This document shows, piece by piece, positions 22,963 through 32,526 of a DNA stretch of 64,000 nucleotides. The translations under genes and the position numbers were made by a program. The notes under the pieces are model-generated. The model did no database searches and was not told where the DNA came from. It worked only from the letters and a program-made list of their open reading frames with translations. Numbering within the stretch: the first letter of the stretch is position 1; each line of letters starts with the position of its first letter. Origin of the DNA: a virus; the IMG/VR virus record IMGVR_UViG_3300027782_000047, positions 44,668-108,667 of that record, one strand, 5' to 3'.

Positions 22963-23718
22963 ATGAAAATATGCAGAGTTATCTTCTCCACAAACAGACC
23001 AGAATTCTTAATTCCAACTTTAGAATCACATCAAAAGTATATTGACTTTGGCGATCATGAGGTCTATGGCATATTCATAGATGATTATCCAAAAGATAGA
23101 AATGATAAATTGATTATAGATTTGGCTAAAAGAAGTGGTTTCAATGAAGTTGTTTTACACGAAGTAAATGAAGGATTAACACCTACTTGGACTGAGTTGT
23201 GGAATTATCTAGCAACACAAGACTATGACTACATCTGGCACCATGAAGATGATGTAGTATTTGGTGAACCAATAAAAATACAATCTCTGATAGATTTCTT
23301 AGAAGAAAATAAAGAGTTTTGCCAAATCAATCTCAAAAGAAATCCATGGTATGATTTTGAGTTGAACAAACCAGCAATAACTTGGGAAGATAAATTCTTT
23401 AAAGAATACCGGTATGATGTTAGGGATGACTATTTCTGGACAATGGCATCATTATATCCAGCTTGGGTAACAAAAGAGCCAGTAAAAGAAGTTGAAGGTT
23501 GCAATTTGGCTGAGTATCCAGTAATGAAATACTTTAGAGAGCAACACAAAATGAAGATGGCCATTCTTAAAAATCAAGATGGAAGCAATCTTGTGGAACA
23601 CATTGGTGTATACTCTCAAGGCAAAAGAGTGCTTGAAGATGAGCCTGGATGGGAAAGATTTAAGTGGTTTGATCCTAATAAAAAATATGATTCCAAGACT
23701 GGTACTTTAATAGTATAA
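22963..23718 (+). CDS. GT-A fold (family 2-like) glycosyltransferase
   Basis: 'STNRPEFL..TLES', IDD, 'YIWHHEDD' metal motif, C-terminal 'VEHIG'. Confidence 0.7.
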   Translation: MKICRVIFSTNRPEFLIPTLESHQKYIDFGDHEVYGIFIDDYPKDRNDKLIIDLAKRSGFNEVVLHEVNEGLTPTWTELWNYLATQDYDYIWHHEDDVVFGEPIKIQSLIDFLEENKEFCQINLKRNPWYDFELNKPAITWEDKFFKEYRYDVRDDYFWTMASLYPAWVTKEPVKEVEGCNLAEYPVMKYFREQHKMKMAILKNQDGSNLVEHIGVYSQGKRVLEDEPGWERFKWFDPNKKYDSKTGTLIV

Positions 23719-23721
23719 ATA
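23714..23721 (+). promoter_or_regulatory. T4 late promoter TATAAATA
   Basis: Exact consensus upstream of gp13. Confidence 0.75.
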
Positions 23722-23747
23722 GATAATAAAACTATTGGGAACTATAA

Positions 23748-24704
23748 ATGGCTAAACCCACAACTAGAGCAACTTTCAAAGACTACTGCCTACGCAGATT
23801 AGGTCATCCAGTAATCCAAATCAATGTGGATGATGACCAAGTTGAAGATAGAATTGATGATGCACTACAATTCTTTGAAGACTATCATTTTGATGGTTGC
23901 GAACAAATGTATATGAAGCATCAAATCACTCAAGCTGATATTGATCGCAGATGGATTTATTGCCCAGATCCAGTAATTTTTGTTACTGGAATCATACCAT
24001 TTGACCAGTCATCTTCCTCAGTCAATATGTTTGACTTGCGTTATCAGCTACGATTGCATGATTTGTATGACTTTACCTCAGTGTCTTATGTGTCATATGA
24101 AATTACCATGCAACACATTCGCACATTGAATCTGTTGTTCTCTGGTACACCATTGTTCAGATTCAATCGTAAACAAAATAGAATTTTCTTAGATATTGAT
24201 TGGTCTAGAGATTTACAGGTTGGTCAGTATGTTGTTGTAGAATGCTATCGTGCGATGCGCCCAGATACAGTTACTTTGACTGGTACAATAACCGGCACAA
24301 CAAGTAACAATACTTTGACTGGAACAGGAACAATATTTGACCAAGAAGTTATTGAAAACGACTTCATCACACTATCTAGTGGTCAAGAAGTTCAAATTCG
24401 TACAATCAATTCTCCAACAAGTATTACTATTGCAAGTAGTTTAACAACAAACATTACAGCTAACACAGCAACAAAAGCTGGTGTTACGGATGTTTGGAAT
24501 GATAAGTTTTTGAAGACTTATGCCACAGCTAAAATTAAATATCAATGGGGTACCAATCTTTCTAAGTTTGCTGGCATTCAAATGCCTGGTGGTGTAACAT
24601 TAGATGGTCCAAGAATAATGCAAGAAGCACAAGCTGAGTTGGACAAACTAGAAGAAGAAATGTATACCATCAGCAGTATGCCTAGCGAAATCTTTGTGGG
24701 CTAA
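23748..24704 (+). CDS. gp13: Neck protein gp13
   Basis: 'YCLRRLG.PVIQINVDDDQVEDRID.ALQ', 'QWGTNLSKF.G.QMPGGVTLDG'. Confidence 0.92.
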   Translation: MAKPTTRATFKDYCLRRLGHPVIQINVDDDQVEDRIDDALQFFEDYHFDGCEQMYMKHQITQADIDRRWIYCPDPVIFVTGIIPFDQSSSSVNMFDLRYQLRLHDLYDFTSVSYVSYEITMQHIRTLNLLFSGTPLFRFNRKQNRIFLDIDWSRDLQVGQYVVVECYRAMRPDTVTLTGTITGTTSNNTLTGTGTIFDQEVIENDFITLSSGQEVQIRTINSPTSITIASSLTTNITANTATKAGVTDVWNDKFLKTYATAKIKYQWGTNLSKFAGIQMPGGVTLDGPRIMQEAQAELDKLEEEMYTISSMPSEIFVG

Positions 24705-24706
24705 AC

Positions 24707-25615
24707 ATGCCAACGAATTTTTATTTTAATAATTTTCCACAACACCAAATAACTAGTGAGCAATTACTAGTAGAAGATTTGGTGATTGAAGCTATGCAAA
24801 TTCATGGCATGGATGTTTATTATCTTCCACAAACCACAAGAGACCAAGTGGATATGCTCTACGGTGAAGATACATTAAAAGAATTTCGCACAGCTTACGG
24901 AATTGAAATGTATTTGGAAAATGTTAGTGGAATGGATGGCGAAGGCGATTTCATCTCTAAATTTGGTTTAGAGATTAGAGATGAAGTAACACTACTAATG
25001 TCACGCAGAAGATTTGCATCCTTAGGTACATCGTTGACTAGACCTAGAGAGGGCGACTTAGTTTATATTCCTCTATTACAAAATTTCTTTGAGATATCAT
25101 TTGTGGAACATGAAAACAATCAAGCAATGTTTTACACATTAGGTCGTGGTCGCGGCGGTAATGTTTATGTGTATGCTTTGAAGTTGAAACAGTTTGTCTT
25201 TAGTGAAGAAATTATTTCCACTGGTGTTGATGAAATTGATGACCAGATACTTGATAGCTACAAACGTGCATCATTGCCTCTTGCAAATACAACAGTGTTT
25301 CCTGCAGGAACCGGTTCTTTTGTTCCTGGAGAAATCATATATCAAGGTTCTTCATTAGCGACAGCAAATGCACAAGCTATTGTTTATTCTTATACCGCAC
25401 ATTCATCAGTTGACATTATTCGTGTAAAAGGTTCTTTTGTTACGGGTAATGTTCGCGGTAATACAAGTAATACATTGAGAAGGTCTATATCATACAATGA
25501 TGATTCACAAGTTGGTAATAGTATATTTGAAGATATCGCAGACAATGTTAGAATAGAAACTGAAGCTGATGGAATATTAGACTTCACGGAAAATAATCCT
25601 TTTGGTGAAGCCTAA
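24707..25615 (+). CDS. gp14: Neck protein gp14
   Basis: 'EQLLVEDLVIE..QIHG.DVYYLP', 'SKFGLEIRDE', 'RPREGDLVY', ends 'DFTENNPFG'. Confidence 0.92.
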   Translation: MPTNFYFNNFPQHQITSEQLLVEDLVIEAMQIHGMDVYYLPQTTRDQVDMLYGEDTLKEFRTAYGIEMYLENVSGMDGEGDFISKFGLEIRDEVTLLMSRRRFASLGTSLTRPREGDLVYIPLLQNFFEISFVEHENNQAMFYTLGRGRGGNVYVYALKLKQFVFSEEIISTGVDEIDDQILDSYKRASLPLANTTVFPAGTGSFVPGEIIYQGSSLATANAQAIVYSYTAHSSVDIIRVKGSFVTGNVRGNTSNTLRRSISYNDDSQVGNSIFEDIADNVRIETEADGILDFTENNPFGEA

Positions 25616-26616
25616 TGTTAAATAATTCACATTTTTATAATAGAACAATTCGTAAAGTAGTAGTTGCTTTTGGCACACTATTCAATGATTTGTTATTGGT
25701 AAGATACAATAAAGCTGGAACAATTGAGCATGAGAGAATGCGTGTTCCTCTTTCCTATGGCGCAAAAGAAAAGTATGTTACCAGATTGATATCTGATCCA
25801 ACACTAACTAAATCTATCGCAACATCTGTACCAAGAATTTCTTTTGATTTGGTTGGATTAGAATACGATTCATCCAGAAAATTTAATACTATAAACAGAA
25901 ACTTCTCAACGAATGCTACGACTGGTGCAGTATCTGGGCAGTATGCACCAATACCATATAACTTTGAATTTGAGTTGGCTATCTATGTTAGAAACACGGA
26001 AGATGGTACACAAATTCTTGAACAGATATTGCCATACTTCACACCAGACTTTACTGTGACTGTAGATTTAATACCCACATTAGGTAGAAAATATGATATG
26101 CCAGTTATTCTTAATTCTGTGACACCACAAACAGAATATGAAGGTGATATGTCTACGACTAGACTTATCATTTGGAACTTATCTTTTACCGTAAAAGGAT
26201 ACATCTTCCCACCAGTAAGTACAGTTGGTTTAATTGAACAAGCAAACACAAACATCTACACCGATTCAAGAAGCACTCTGTCACAAAAAGTATATGTTGA
26301 TTATGCTAATGGTTCTGGTGTTTTAGTTACGGGTGAAGTTGTTAGAAGTTCGTCCAAAAACAAAACAGGAACTGTCGTATACTTTGCAAATAATAGCGGA
26401 GGCACATTAGTTGTGTCAGACTTAAATGATTTGCTTGAAGAAGATGATGTGATTGTTGGTGATTATTCTAATGCTACATATACAATAAATACCGTAGATT
26501 TGAATCCATTAAAAACAGTTGCAATTATAACTGTGCCCGATCCAGTATCAGCAAACTCGGATGAAGATTTTGGATTCACAGAAACGATTACAGAATTTCC
26601 AAGTACTTTGACTTAA
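25615..26616 (+). CDS. gp15: Tail sheath stabiliser/terminator gp15
   Basis: 'HFYNRTIRKVVVAFGTLFN', 'VPLSYG.KEK', 'QILEQILPYFTP'. Confidence 0.92.
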   Translation: MLNNSHFYNRTIRKVVVAFGTLFNDLLLVRYNKAGTIEHERMRVPLSYGAKEKYVTRLISDPTLTKSIATSVPRISFDLVGLEYDSSRKFNTINRNFSTNATTGAVSGQYAPIPYNFEFELAIYVRNTEDGTQILEQILPYFTPDFTVTVDLIPTLGRKYDMPVILNSVTPQTEYEGDMSTTRLIIWNLSFTVKGYIFPPVSTVGLIEQANTNIYTDSRSTLSQKVYVDYANGSGVLVTGEVVRSSSKNKTGTVVYFANNSGGTLVVSDLNDLLEEDDVIVGDYSNATYTINTVDLNPLKTVAIITVPDPVSANSDEDFGFTETITEFPSTLT

Positions 26617-26630
26617 AATAGGAAGTCTAA

Positions 26631-27728
26631 ATGGCAAAAAAGCTATCTCAATTAACCGCTATCTCTAATGTTGGAAATATACCAGCAAACATTATATTTG
26701 GAATTTCCAACACAGCAAGCGGAACATCAAACACTATATCACTGTTATCATTAACAACACATCTCGATTCAACATTTGCTACTGATATTGCTTCATTGGC
26801 AAACGTGGGTGCTGGACTTATATCAACTAAAGCCGCTTATGAAGCGAATGTCGGCGTTGAAGTAGCCGCAAGGTCAGCAAACGTAGGAGTTGCTAGAATT
26901 ACTGATGTTGCATCAGGACAAGCAAACGTGGGTGCAGGTATTATTACAGTAACGTCTGCTTATCAAGCAAATACTGGTGCAGCCGCATTAGCCGGTCAAG
27001 CAAACGTTGGCGTTGGTTTAATTAATGCTAAATCAATATCGGAAGCAAATGTAGGTGTTGCTATTGCATCAGGTCAAGCTAACGTTGGTGTAGGATTAAT
27101 TACAATTACTGGTGCATATCAAGCAAACGTAGGCGCTGGGCTTATAACAACTAAAGCCTCTTATGAAGCAAATGTAGGTGTTGCTATTGCATCAGGACAA
27201 GCTAACGTTGTTGTTGCTATTGCATCTGGACAAGCTAACGTGGGTGCTGGATTATTATCTACTAAATCAGCATACGAAGCTAATGTTGGTGTAGAAGTGG
27301 CAAATAGGGCAGCAAACGTAGGTGCAGTTGTTATCACATTAACAAATAATATTAACAATGCCTACGAACAAGCCAATAGTGCATACACAGCCGCTAATAC
27401 TGCATTGAATATATCACAAAATATTCAAATACAAGATTACACATTGCAGTTGACAGATCGTGGAAAACATATCTATAGCACAAATACACAAATTCAAAAA
27501 ATTACAATTCCAAACGCTGGCGTTGTTGCATGGCCAACGGGCACAGTAATTGATATTGTTCTTAATGGCACTGGAAGAATTAACGTTGCTACATCAAATG
27601 ATGTTACCCTTTATGTTGCTAACAATTCTACAGTAAGAGGATATGCAAATGTGTATCCTCGAGGTTGGGCTACACTATTGTATGTTAGTGGAAATACTTG
27701 GTATATCAAAGGGCAAGGTGTAGATTGA
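26631..27728 (+). CDS. Fibre/whisker-like protein with QANVG coiled-coil repeats
   Basis: MAKKLSQL N-terminus; more than 15 (Q/E)ANVG repeats; C-terminal 'YTLQLTDRGK..P.GT.I..ATL......W.I.G' domain. Confidence 0.7.
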   Translation: MAKKLSQLTAISNVGNIPANIIFGISNTASGTSNTISLLSLTTHLDSTFATDIASLANVGAGLISTKAAYEANVGVEVAARSANVGVARITDVASGQANVGAGIITVTSAYQANTGAAALAGQANVGVGLINAKSISEANVGVAIASGQANVGVGLITITGAYQANVGAGLITTKASYEANVGVAIASGQANVVVAIASGQANVGAGLLSTKSAYEANVGVEVANRAANVGAVVITLTNNINNAYEQANSAYTAANTALNISQNIQIQDYTLQLTDRGKHIYSTNTQIQKITIPNAGVVAWPTGTVIDIVLNGTGRINVATSNDVTLYVANNSTVRGYANVYPRGWATLLYVSGNTWYIKGQGVD

Positions 27729-28108
27729 AAACTAATGAAAATCTATCCAACATCTTTGGAGTTCAACCACTAGCAGAAGACGAATCTTCTATAGTTGAAA
27801 TTGTTCCAACAGATGTGGATTCGGATTTTGAATTTGCAAGAAATAATATTCGTGAGTTAGCAGAAAAAGGTAGAGTTGCTGTAGACAATATTCTTATGGT
27901 AGCAAAAGCAACGGATCATCCAAGAGCATATGAAGTTGCAGCCACGCTAATTAAAAATATGTCTGACATTAATAAAGATTTACTTGAGTTGCAAAAGAGA
28001 AAAAGAGATTTGTCACCAGTTAAAGAACAGACTGTGGTGAATGTGGACAAAGCTGTATTCGTAGGCTCAACAAGAGATTTAATTAAACAAATTAAACAAG
28101 TAGGATAA
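27725..28108 (+). CDS. gp16: Terminase small subunit gp16 (probable TTG start)
   Basis: 'DFEFARNNI', 'HPRAYEVAATLIK', 'AVFVGST.DL'; TTG overlaps the upstream TGA. Confidence 0.9.
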   Translation: MKTNENLSNIFGVQPLAEDESSIVEIVPTDVDSDFEFARNNIRELAEKGRVAVDNILMVAKATDHPRAYEVAATLIKNMSDINKDLLELQKRKRDLSPVKEQTVVNVDKAVFVGSTRDLIKQIKQVG

Positions 28109-28109
28109 A

Positions 28110-28544
28110 ATGGAACAACTAATTCAACAACTAAAAGTAATCTTGGGTACCAATTTTGCTCTGTATCTAAAATCACATGGCTTCCATTGGAATATTGAGG
28201 GCGCTAATTTTCCACAATATCACGATTTTCTTAATGGATTCTACACCGAAGTTTTCAATCAAAACGATTCTATTGCGGAACACATCCGTCAATTAGACAG
28301 TTATGCTCCAGGATCATTAGAAAGAATGTTGGAATTGGCTGACTTGGAAGAATCACAAAATATTCCAATGGCACTTGCTATGATGGCTGAATTGAAACGT
28401 GATAACGATAGATACATAATTCATCTCCGTGCTGGTATTGTTGCAGCCGAACAAGCCGATGAGCCAGCGATTGGTAACTTTTTGCAAGAACTTTTGGGCG
28501 CTCACCAAAAGAAAGCATGGATGTTAAGAAGTATTATTAAATAA
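28110..28544 (+). CDS. dps: Dps/ferritin-like DNA-protection protein
   Basis: 'SHGFHWNIEG.NF.QYH.F....Y.E.....D.IAE.IR', 'HQK.AWML'; ferroxidase residues intact. Confidence 0.9.
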   Translation: MEQLIQQLKVILGTNFALYLKSHGFHWNIEGANFPQYHDFLNGFYTEVFNQNDSIAEHIRQLDSYAPGSLERMLELADLEESQNIPMALAMMAELKRDNDRYIIHLRAGIVAAEQADEPAIGNFLQELLGAHQKKAWMLRSIIK

Positions 28545-30178
28545 TGTCAATCGGTGGTTATTTAGGTAATCCAAAGTTAAAGCGGTCTGGCGTACAAGTA
28601 GAGTATACCAATGACCAGCTGATTGAGATTACTCGGTGCATTAAAGATCCAGTCTACTTCATTAAAAATTATGTAAAGATTGTTAACGTAGACTTGGGTT
28701 TAATTCCTTTTGATATGTGGAACTTTCAAGAGGAGATGGTTCGTGGTTTCCACAGCAATCGTTTCTCTATTGCTAAGATGCCACGACAAGTTGGTAAAAC
28801 AACCACCACAGCAGGTTACATGCTTTGGGCTGTTTTGTTTACAGATGACTACAAGATTGCGATTTTAGCAAACAAAGGCGACTTAGCCCGTGACATTCTT
28901 GGTCGTATCAAATACTCATATGAATATCTTCCATTGTGGATGCAACAAGGCATTATGGAATGGAACAAGGGCAACATCGTTCTTGAGAATGGTTCTGAGA
29001 TTTCCGCTTACGCAACAAACGCATCTGGTGTTCGTGGAGGAACATACAATCTAGTATTCTTGGATGAGTTTGCTTTCGTTCCACAAAACATTGCAGCCGA
29101 ATTCTTTACTTCCACTTATCCGGTAATCTCGTCCGGTAAAACCACAAAAGTTATTATCGTTTCAACGCCACATGGATTGAATCAGTTTTACAAGATGTGG
29201 ACAGATGCAGTTGAACAGCGTTCATTATATGTGCCATTTGAAGTTCATTGGTCTATGGTACCTGGGCGAGATGCCGCATGGCGTGAAGAAACGATTAGAA
29301 ACACCAGTGAAGAACAGTTCAGGCAAGAGTTTGAAACCGAGTTTATTGGTTCATCAGCAACATTGATTCCTGGCGCTAAACTCAAGATGCTTACGTTTAA
29401 CAATCCAGTAGAAAAAGAAGAATACTTAGACATTTACGAATTACCAAAACCAGGTCATACTTACATAGCCATTGTGGATTGTGCGGAAGGCGTTGGACTA
29501 GACTATTCAGTATGCTCAATTATTGACGTTACCGAGATACCATACAAACATGTGGCTAAGTTTAGAGACAATAAACTATCAGCATTTATCTTTCCAACAT
29601 ATGTTTATAATCTTGCTAACAGATACAATCGTGCTTGGATATTGGTAGAAACTAATAGCGTTGGGCAACAAGTGGTTGACATTTTACATTATGATTTGGA
29701 GTATGAAAACATCTTTCGTATTGAAAGCCATGATATTAAAGGTCAGCACATTGCCAGTGGATTCAAGAAGGGTGCAGCCTATGGTGTCAAAACATCCAAG
29801 ACTGTCAAAAAGATTGGCTGTTCCAATCTAAAAACTTTGATAGAAACTGACAAACTCACTACTACAGACTTTGACACCATTGCGGAGCTAAATACTTTCG
29901 TAAGAGATAAAGATTCTTATAAAGCCGAAGAGGGCAACAATGATGATATCGTGATGACTTTGGTGCTTTTTTCATGGTTGTCAGCACAAAGTTTTTTCAA
30001 AGAGATAACAAATTCCGATGTTAGACAAAGACTTTTGGAAGAAAGAAACATCCAAATGGAAGAAGAATCGCTACCTATAGGCATTTTGGATGACGGCTTA
30101 GAAGAAGAAAAGCATTTTGACGGAGAAGACCTTTGGACGGCAGCAAAGCGCAAAGGTTATCTATCGTCAACTTTGTAA
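28544..30178 (+). CDS. gp17: Terminase large subunit gp17
   Basis: YLGNP.LK, PRQVGKTT (Walker A), FLDEFAF (Walker B), STPHG, QEFE, nuclease DCAEG..DYS and NDDIVM. Confidence 0.97.
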   Translation: MSIGGYLGNPKLKRSGVQVEYTNDQLIEITRCIKDPVYFIKNYVKIVNVDLGLIPFDMWNFQEEMVRGFHSNRFSIAKMPRQVGKTTTTAGYMLWAVLFTDDYKIAILANKGDLARDILGRIKYSYEYLPLWMQQGIMEWNKGNIVLENGSEISAYATNASGVRGGTYNLVFLDEFAFVPQNIAAEFFTSTYPVISSGKTTKVIIVSTPHGLNQFYKMWTDAVEQRSLYVPFEVHWSMVPGRDAAWREETIRNTSEEQFRQEFETEFIGSSATLIPGAKLKMLTFNNPVEKEEYLDIYELPKPGHTYIAIVDCAEGVGLDYSVCSIIDVTEIPYKHVAKFRDNKLSAFIFPTYVYNLANRYNRAWILVETNSVGQQVVDILHYDLEYENIFRIESHDIKGQHIASGFKKGAAYGVKTSKTVKKIGCSNLKTLIETDKLTTTDFDTIAELNTFVRDKDSYKAEEGNNDDIVMTLVLFSWLSAQSFFKEITNSDVRQRLLEERNIQMEEESLPIGILDDGLEEEKHFDGEDLWTAAKRKGYLSSTL

Positions 30179-30181
30179 AAA

Positions 30182-30189
30182 CATAAATA
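30182..30189 (+). promoter_or_regulatory. T4-type late promoter (CATAAATA)
   Basis: Intergenic, upstream of gp18. Confidence 0.65.
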
Positions 30190-30233
30190 GATAATACGAT
30201 TTAGTTCTATAATAATAAAAAGGAGAACACAAA

Positions 30234-31901
30234 ATGGCTTTCCAATTATCACCAGGAGTTAATATCTCCGAAGTAGATTTGACAACAGTTGTTCCTTCTG
30301 TTGCAACTACGATTGGTGGTTTAGCCGGCGCTTTTACATGGGGTCCTGTTAATGAAATTACTATCATTAGCAACGAAACGCAACTTGTAGATAGATTCGG
30401 CGAACCAGACGCAAATACATACCAAACATTCTTTACCGCAGCCAATTTCTTATCATATGGAAGCGATTTGAGAGTTGTACGTGCTGTTGGTACAGGTGCT
30501 AAAAATGCATCTTCAAATACATCAAACACAGTATTGATTGAAACTGAAACAGACTACGAACAAAATCATTCTGCAAACAGTAGTGTCGTTTTTCATGCTA
30601 GGTGGCCTGGCGCTTTAGGTAACTCTATTCGTGTTGAAATGGCAGACGCTAATACATATTCAACTTGGAATTCATACAAAGCTGAATTTGATTCTGCTCC
30701 AGCAACTTCTACATATGCTTCTCAACGAGGCGCATCAAATGATGAATTGCATATTATTGTTATTGATACAACAGGTAAAATTTCAGGCACTGCTAATACA
30801 ATTATTGAAAAATGGGGTTATGTTTCTAAAGCAAGTGATGCTAAGAATTCAGACGGAACAAGCAACTACTATAAAGATGTTTTAAACTCTAAATCCAAAT
30901 ATATTTGGTGGGGTGGTCACCTAACAGCAAACGCAGGAGTTGCTACAGCTAATGCCCTTTCATATGGTAATTTAGTGTCTACTTTTGCAACAACCTTTAC
31001 TGGTGGTGTTGATGCTACTCCAACCGCAGCTAACATAAACACGGGATATGGCAAATTTGCAAATCCTGATGCAGTAGACGTTTCTCTATTGATGGCAGGA
31101 GCAACAACAGGCACAACAATTCCAAACTTTTTGATTGCTCTTGCTGAGACACGTAAAGATTGTATGGTATTTGTTTCTCCTGAACAAGATGATGTTGTAA
31201 ACAATTCTGGCTCAGAATCCGCAACAGTGATTGCAGCCGCAGCCACATATACAAAGTCTTCATATGCAGTTATGGATTCTGGCTACAAGTATCAGTACGA
31301 CAAGTACAATGACGTATATCGTTGGGTGCCATTGAACGGTGATATTGCTGGTCTATGTGTTCGAACAGACAGTGAGCGTGATCCATGGTTCTCACCAGCT
31401 GGTCTAAATCGTGGCGTTATCAAGAACGTTGTTAGACTTGCTTGGAACCCAACCAAAGCTGAACGTGATGAAATGTACAAAGCTGGTGTAAATTCAGTTG
31501 TTACATTCCCAGGTGAAGGCACAATACTATACGGAGACAAAACTCTATTGAATCGCCCAAGTGCATTTGATAGAATCAATGTTCGCCGCTTGTTTATCGT
31601 TCTAGAAAAGTCTATTGCTAAAGCAGCCCGTTCTTCATTGTTTGAATTCAATGACGAATTCACAAGAGCCGCTTTTGTTAATATTGTAGAACCCTTCTTG
31701 CGTGATGTACAAGGTCGCCGCGGCATCTATGATTACCGTGTTGTTGCTGATACCACAAATAATACAGCACAAGTTATTGACCAGAATCAATTTGTTGGTG
31801 ATATTTACATCAAACCCGCTCGTTCTATCAACTTCATTCAATTGAATTTCACCGCTGTTCGCACTGGTGTAGCATTTGAAGAAATTGTTGGAAGAGTTTA
31901 A
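30234..31901 (+). CDS. gp18: Tail sheath protein gp18
   Basis: 'LSPGVNISEVDLT', 'PWFSPAG.NRG', 'FDRINVRRLF', 'IKPARSINFI.LNF'. Confidence 0.97.
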   Translation: MAFQLSPGVNISEVDLTTVVPSVATTIGGLAGAFTWGPVNEITIISNETQLVDRFGEPDANTYQTFFTAANFLSYGSDLRVVRAVGTGAKNASSNTSNTVLIETETDYEQNHSANSSVVFHARWPGALGNSIRVEMADANTYSTWNSYKAEFDSAPATSTYASQRGASNDELHIIVIDTTGKISGTANTIIEKWGYVSKASDAKNSDGTSNYYKDVLNSKSKYIWWGGHLTANAGVATANALSYGNLVSTFATTFTGGVDATPTAANINTGYGKFANPDAVDVSLLMAGATTGTTIPNFLIALAETRKDCMVFVSPEQDDVVNNSGSESATVIAAAATYTKSSYAVMDSGYKYQYDKYNDVYRWVPLNGDIAGLCVRTDSERDPWFSPAGLNRGVIKNVVRLAWNPTKAERDEMYKAGVNSVVTFPGEGTILYGDKTLLNRPSAFDRINVRRLFIVLEKSIAKAARSSLFEFNDEFTRAAFVNIVEPFLRDVQGRRGIYDYRVVADTTNNTAQVIDQNQFVGDIYIKPARSINFIQLNFTAVRTGVAFEEIVGRV

Positions 31902-31927
31902 TAAATAGAGAGATAGGAGAAACTTAA

Positions 31928-32473
31928 ATGGCATTTAACATTAACGAATTCCGCTCTCAGATGCAGGGAGATGGAGCACGCCCAAATTTATTTGAGGTTA
32001 CGCTTCCATTCCCAGCATTCTCATTGCCAGGAACTGCACAAAATAAATTAAGTTTTATGTGCAGGACTGCTCAACTACCCGGTTCAACAATCGGTACTGT
32101 GCCAGTTCAATACTTTGGTCGTGAATTAAAGTTTGCGGGAAATAGAACCTTTCAAGATTGGTCTATTACAATTATCAATGACGAAGATTTTGTCATTCGT
32201 AATGCATTTGAACGTTGGATGAATGGCATTAATAGCCATAATCTAAACGTTCGTAATCCAGCGGCGGCTACTCAACTAGGCTATAGCGTAGATGGCGAAG
32301 TTCGTCAGTATGGTAAATCTGGTTCCATTTTGAAGAAGTACAAGTTCATTGGTGTGTTCCCAACCGATCTTTCATCAATTGATGTTGATTGGAGTGCTAA
32401 TGACACAATTGAAGAATTTACTGTAAATCTTACCTATCAATGGTGGGAATCAGTAGAGGACCTAGTAGTCTAA
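31928..32473 (+). CDS. gp19: Tail tube protein gp19
   Basis: 'GARPNLFEV', 'GRELKFAGNRTF.DW', 'IEEFTV.L.YQWW'. Confidence 0.96.
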   Translation: MAFNINEFRSQMQGDGARPNLFEVTLPFPAFSLPGTAQNKLSFMCRTAQLPGSTIGTVPVQYFGRELKFAGNRTFQDWSITIINDEDFVIRNAFERWMNGINSHNLNVRNPAAATQLGYSVDGEVRQYGKSGSILKKYKFIGVFPTDLSSIDVDWSANDTIEEFTVNLTYQWWESVEDLVV

Positions 32474-32476
32474 GTA

Positions 32477-32505
32477 AGGGGGGAGCCCAGGCTCTCCTCT
32501 TTTTT
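32477..32505 (+). terminator. Rho-independent terminator after gp19
   Basis: AGGGGGGAGC-CCAG-GCTCTCCTCT hairpin followed by a T-run. Confidence 0.8.
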
Positions 32506-32526
32506 ATAATGTAAAGGAAAATCAAA

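Noticed and set aside
8232-27330. CRISPR-like arrays from the recurring GCAAACGTTGGTGC and GGACCAACAGGA motifs
   Set aside because: In-frame, wobble-degenerate protein repeats without unique spacers; no cas genes.
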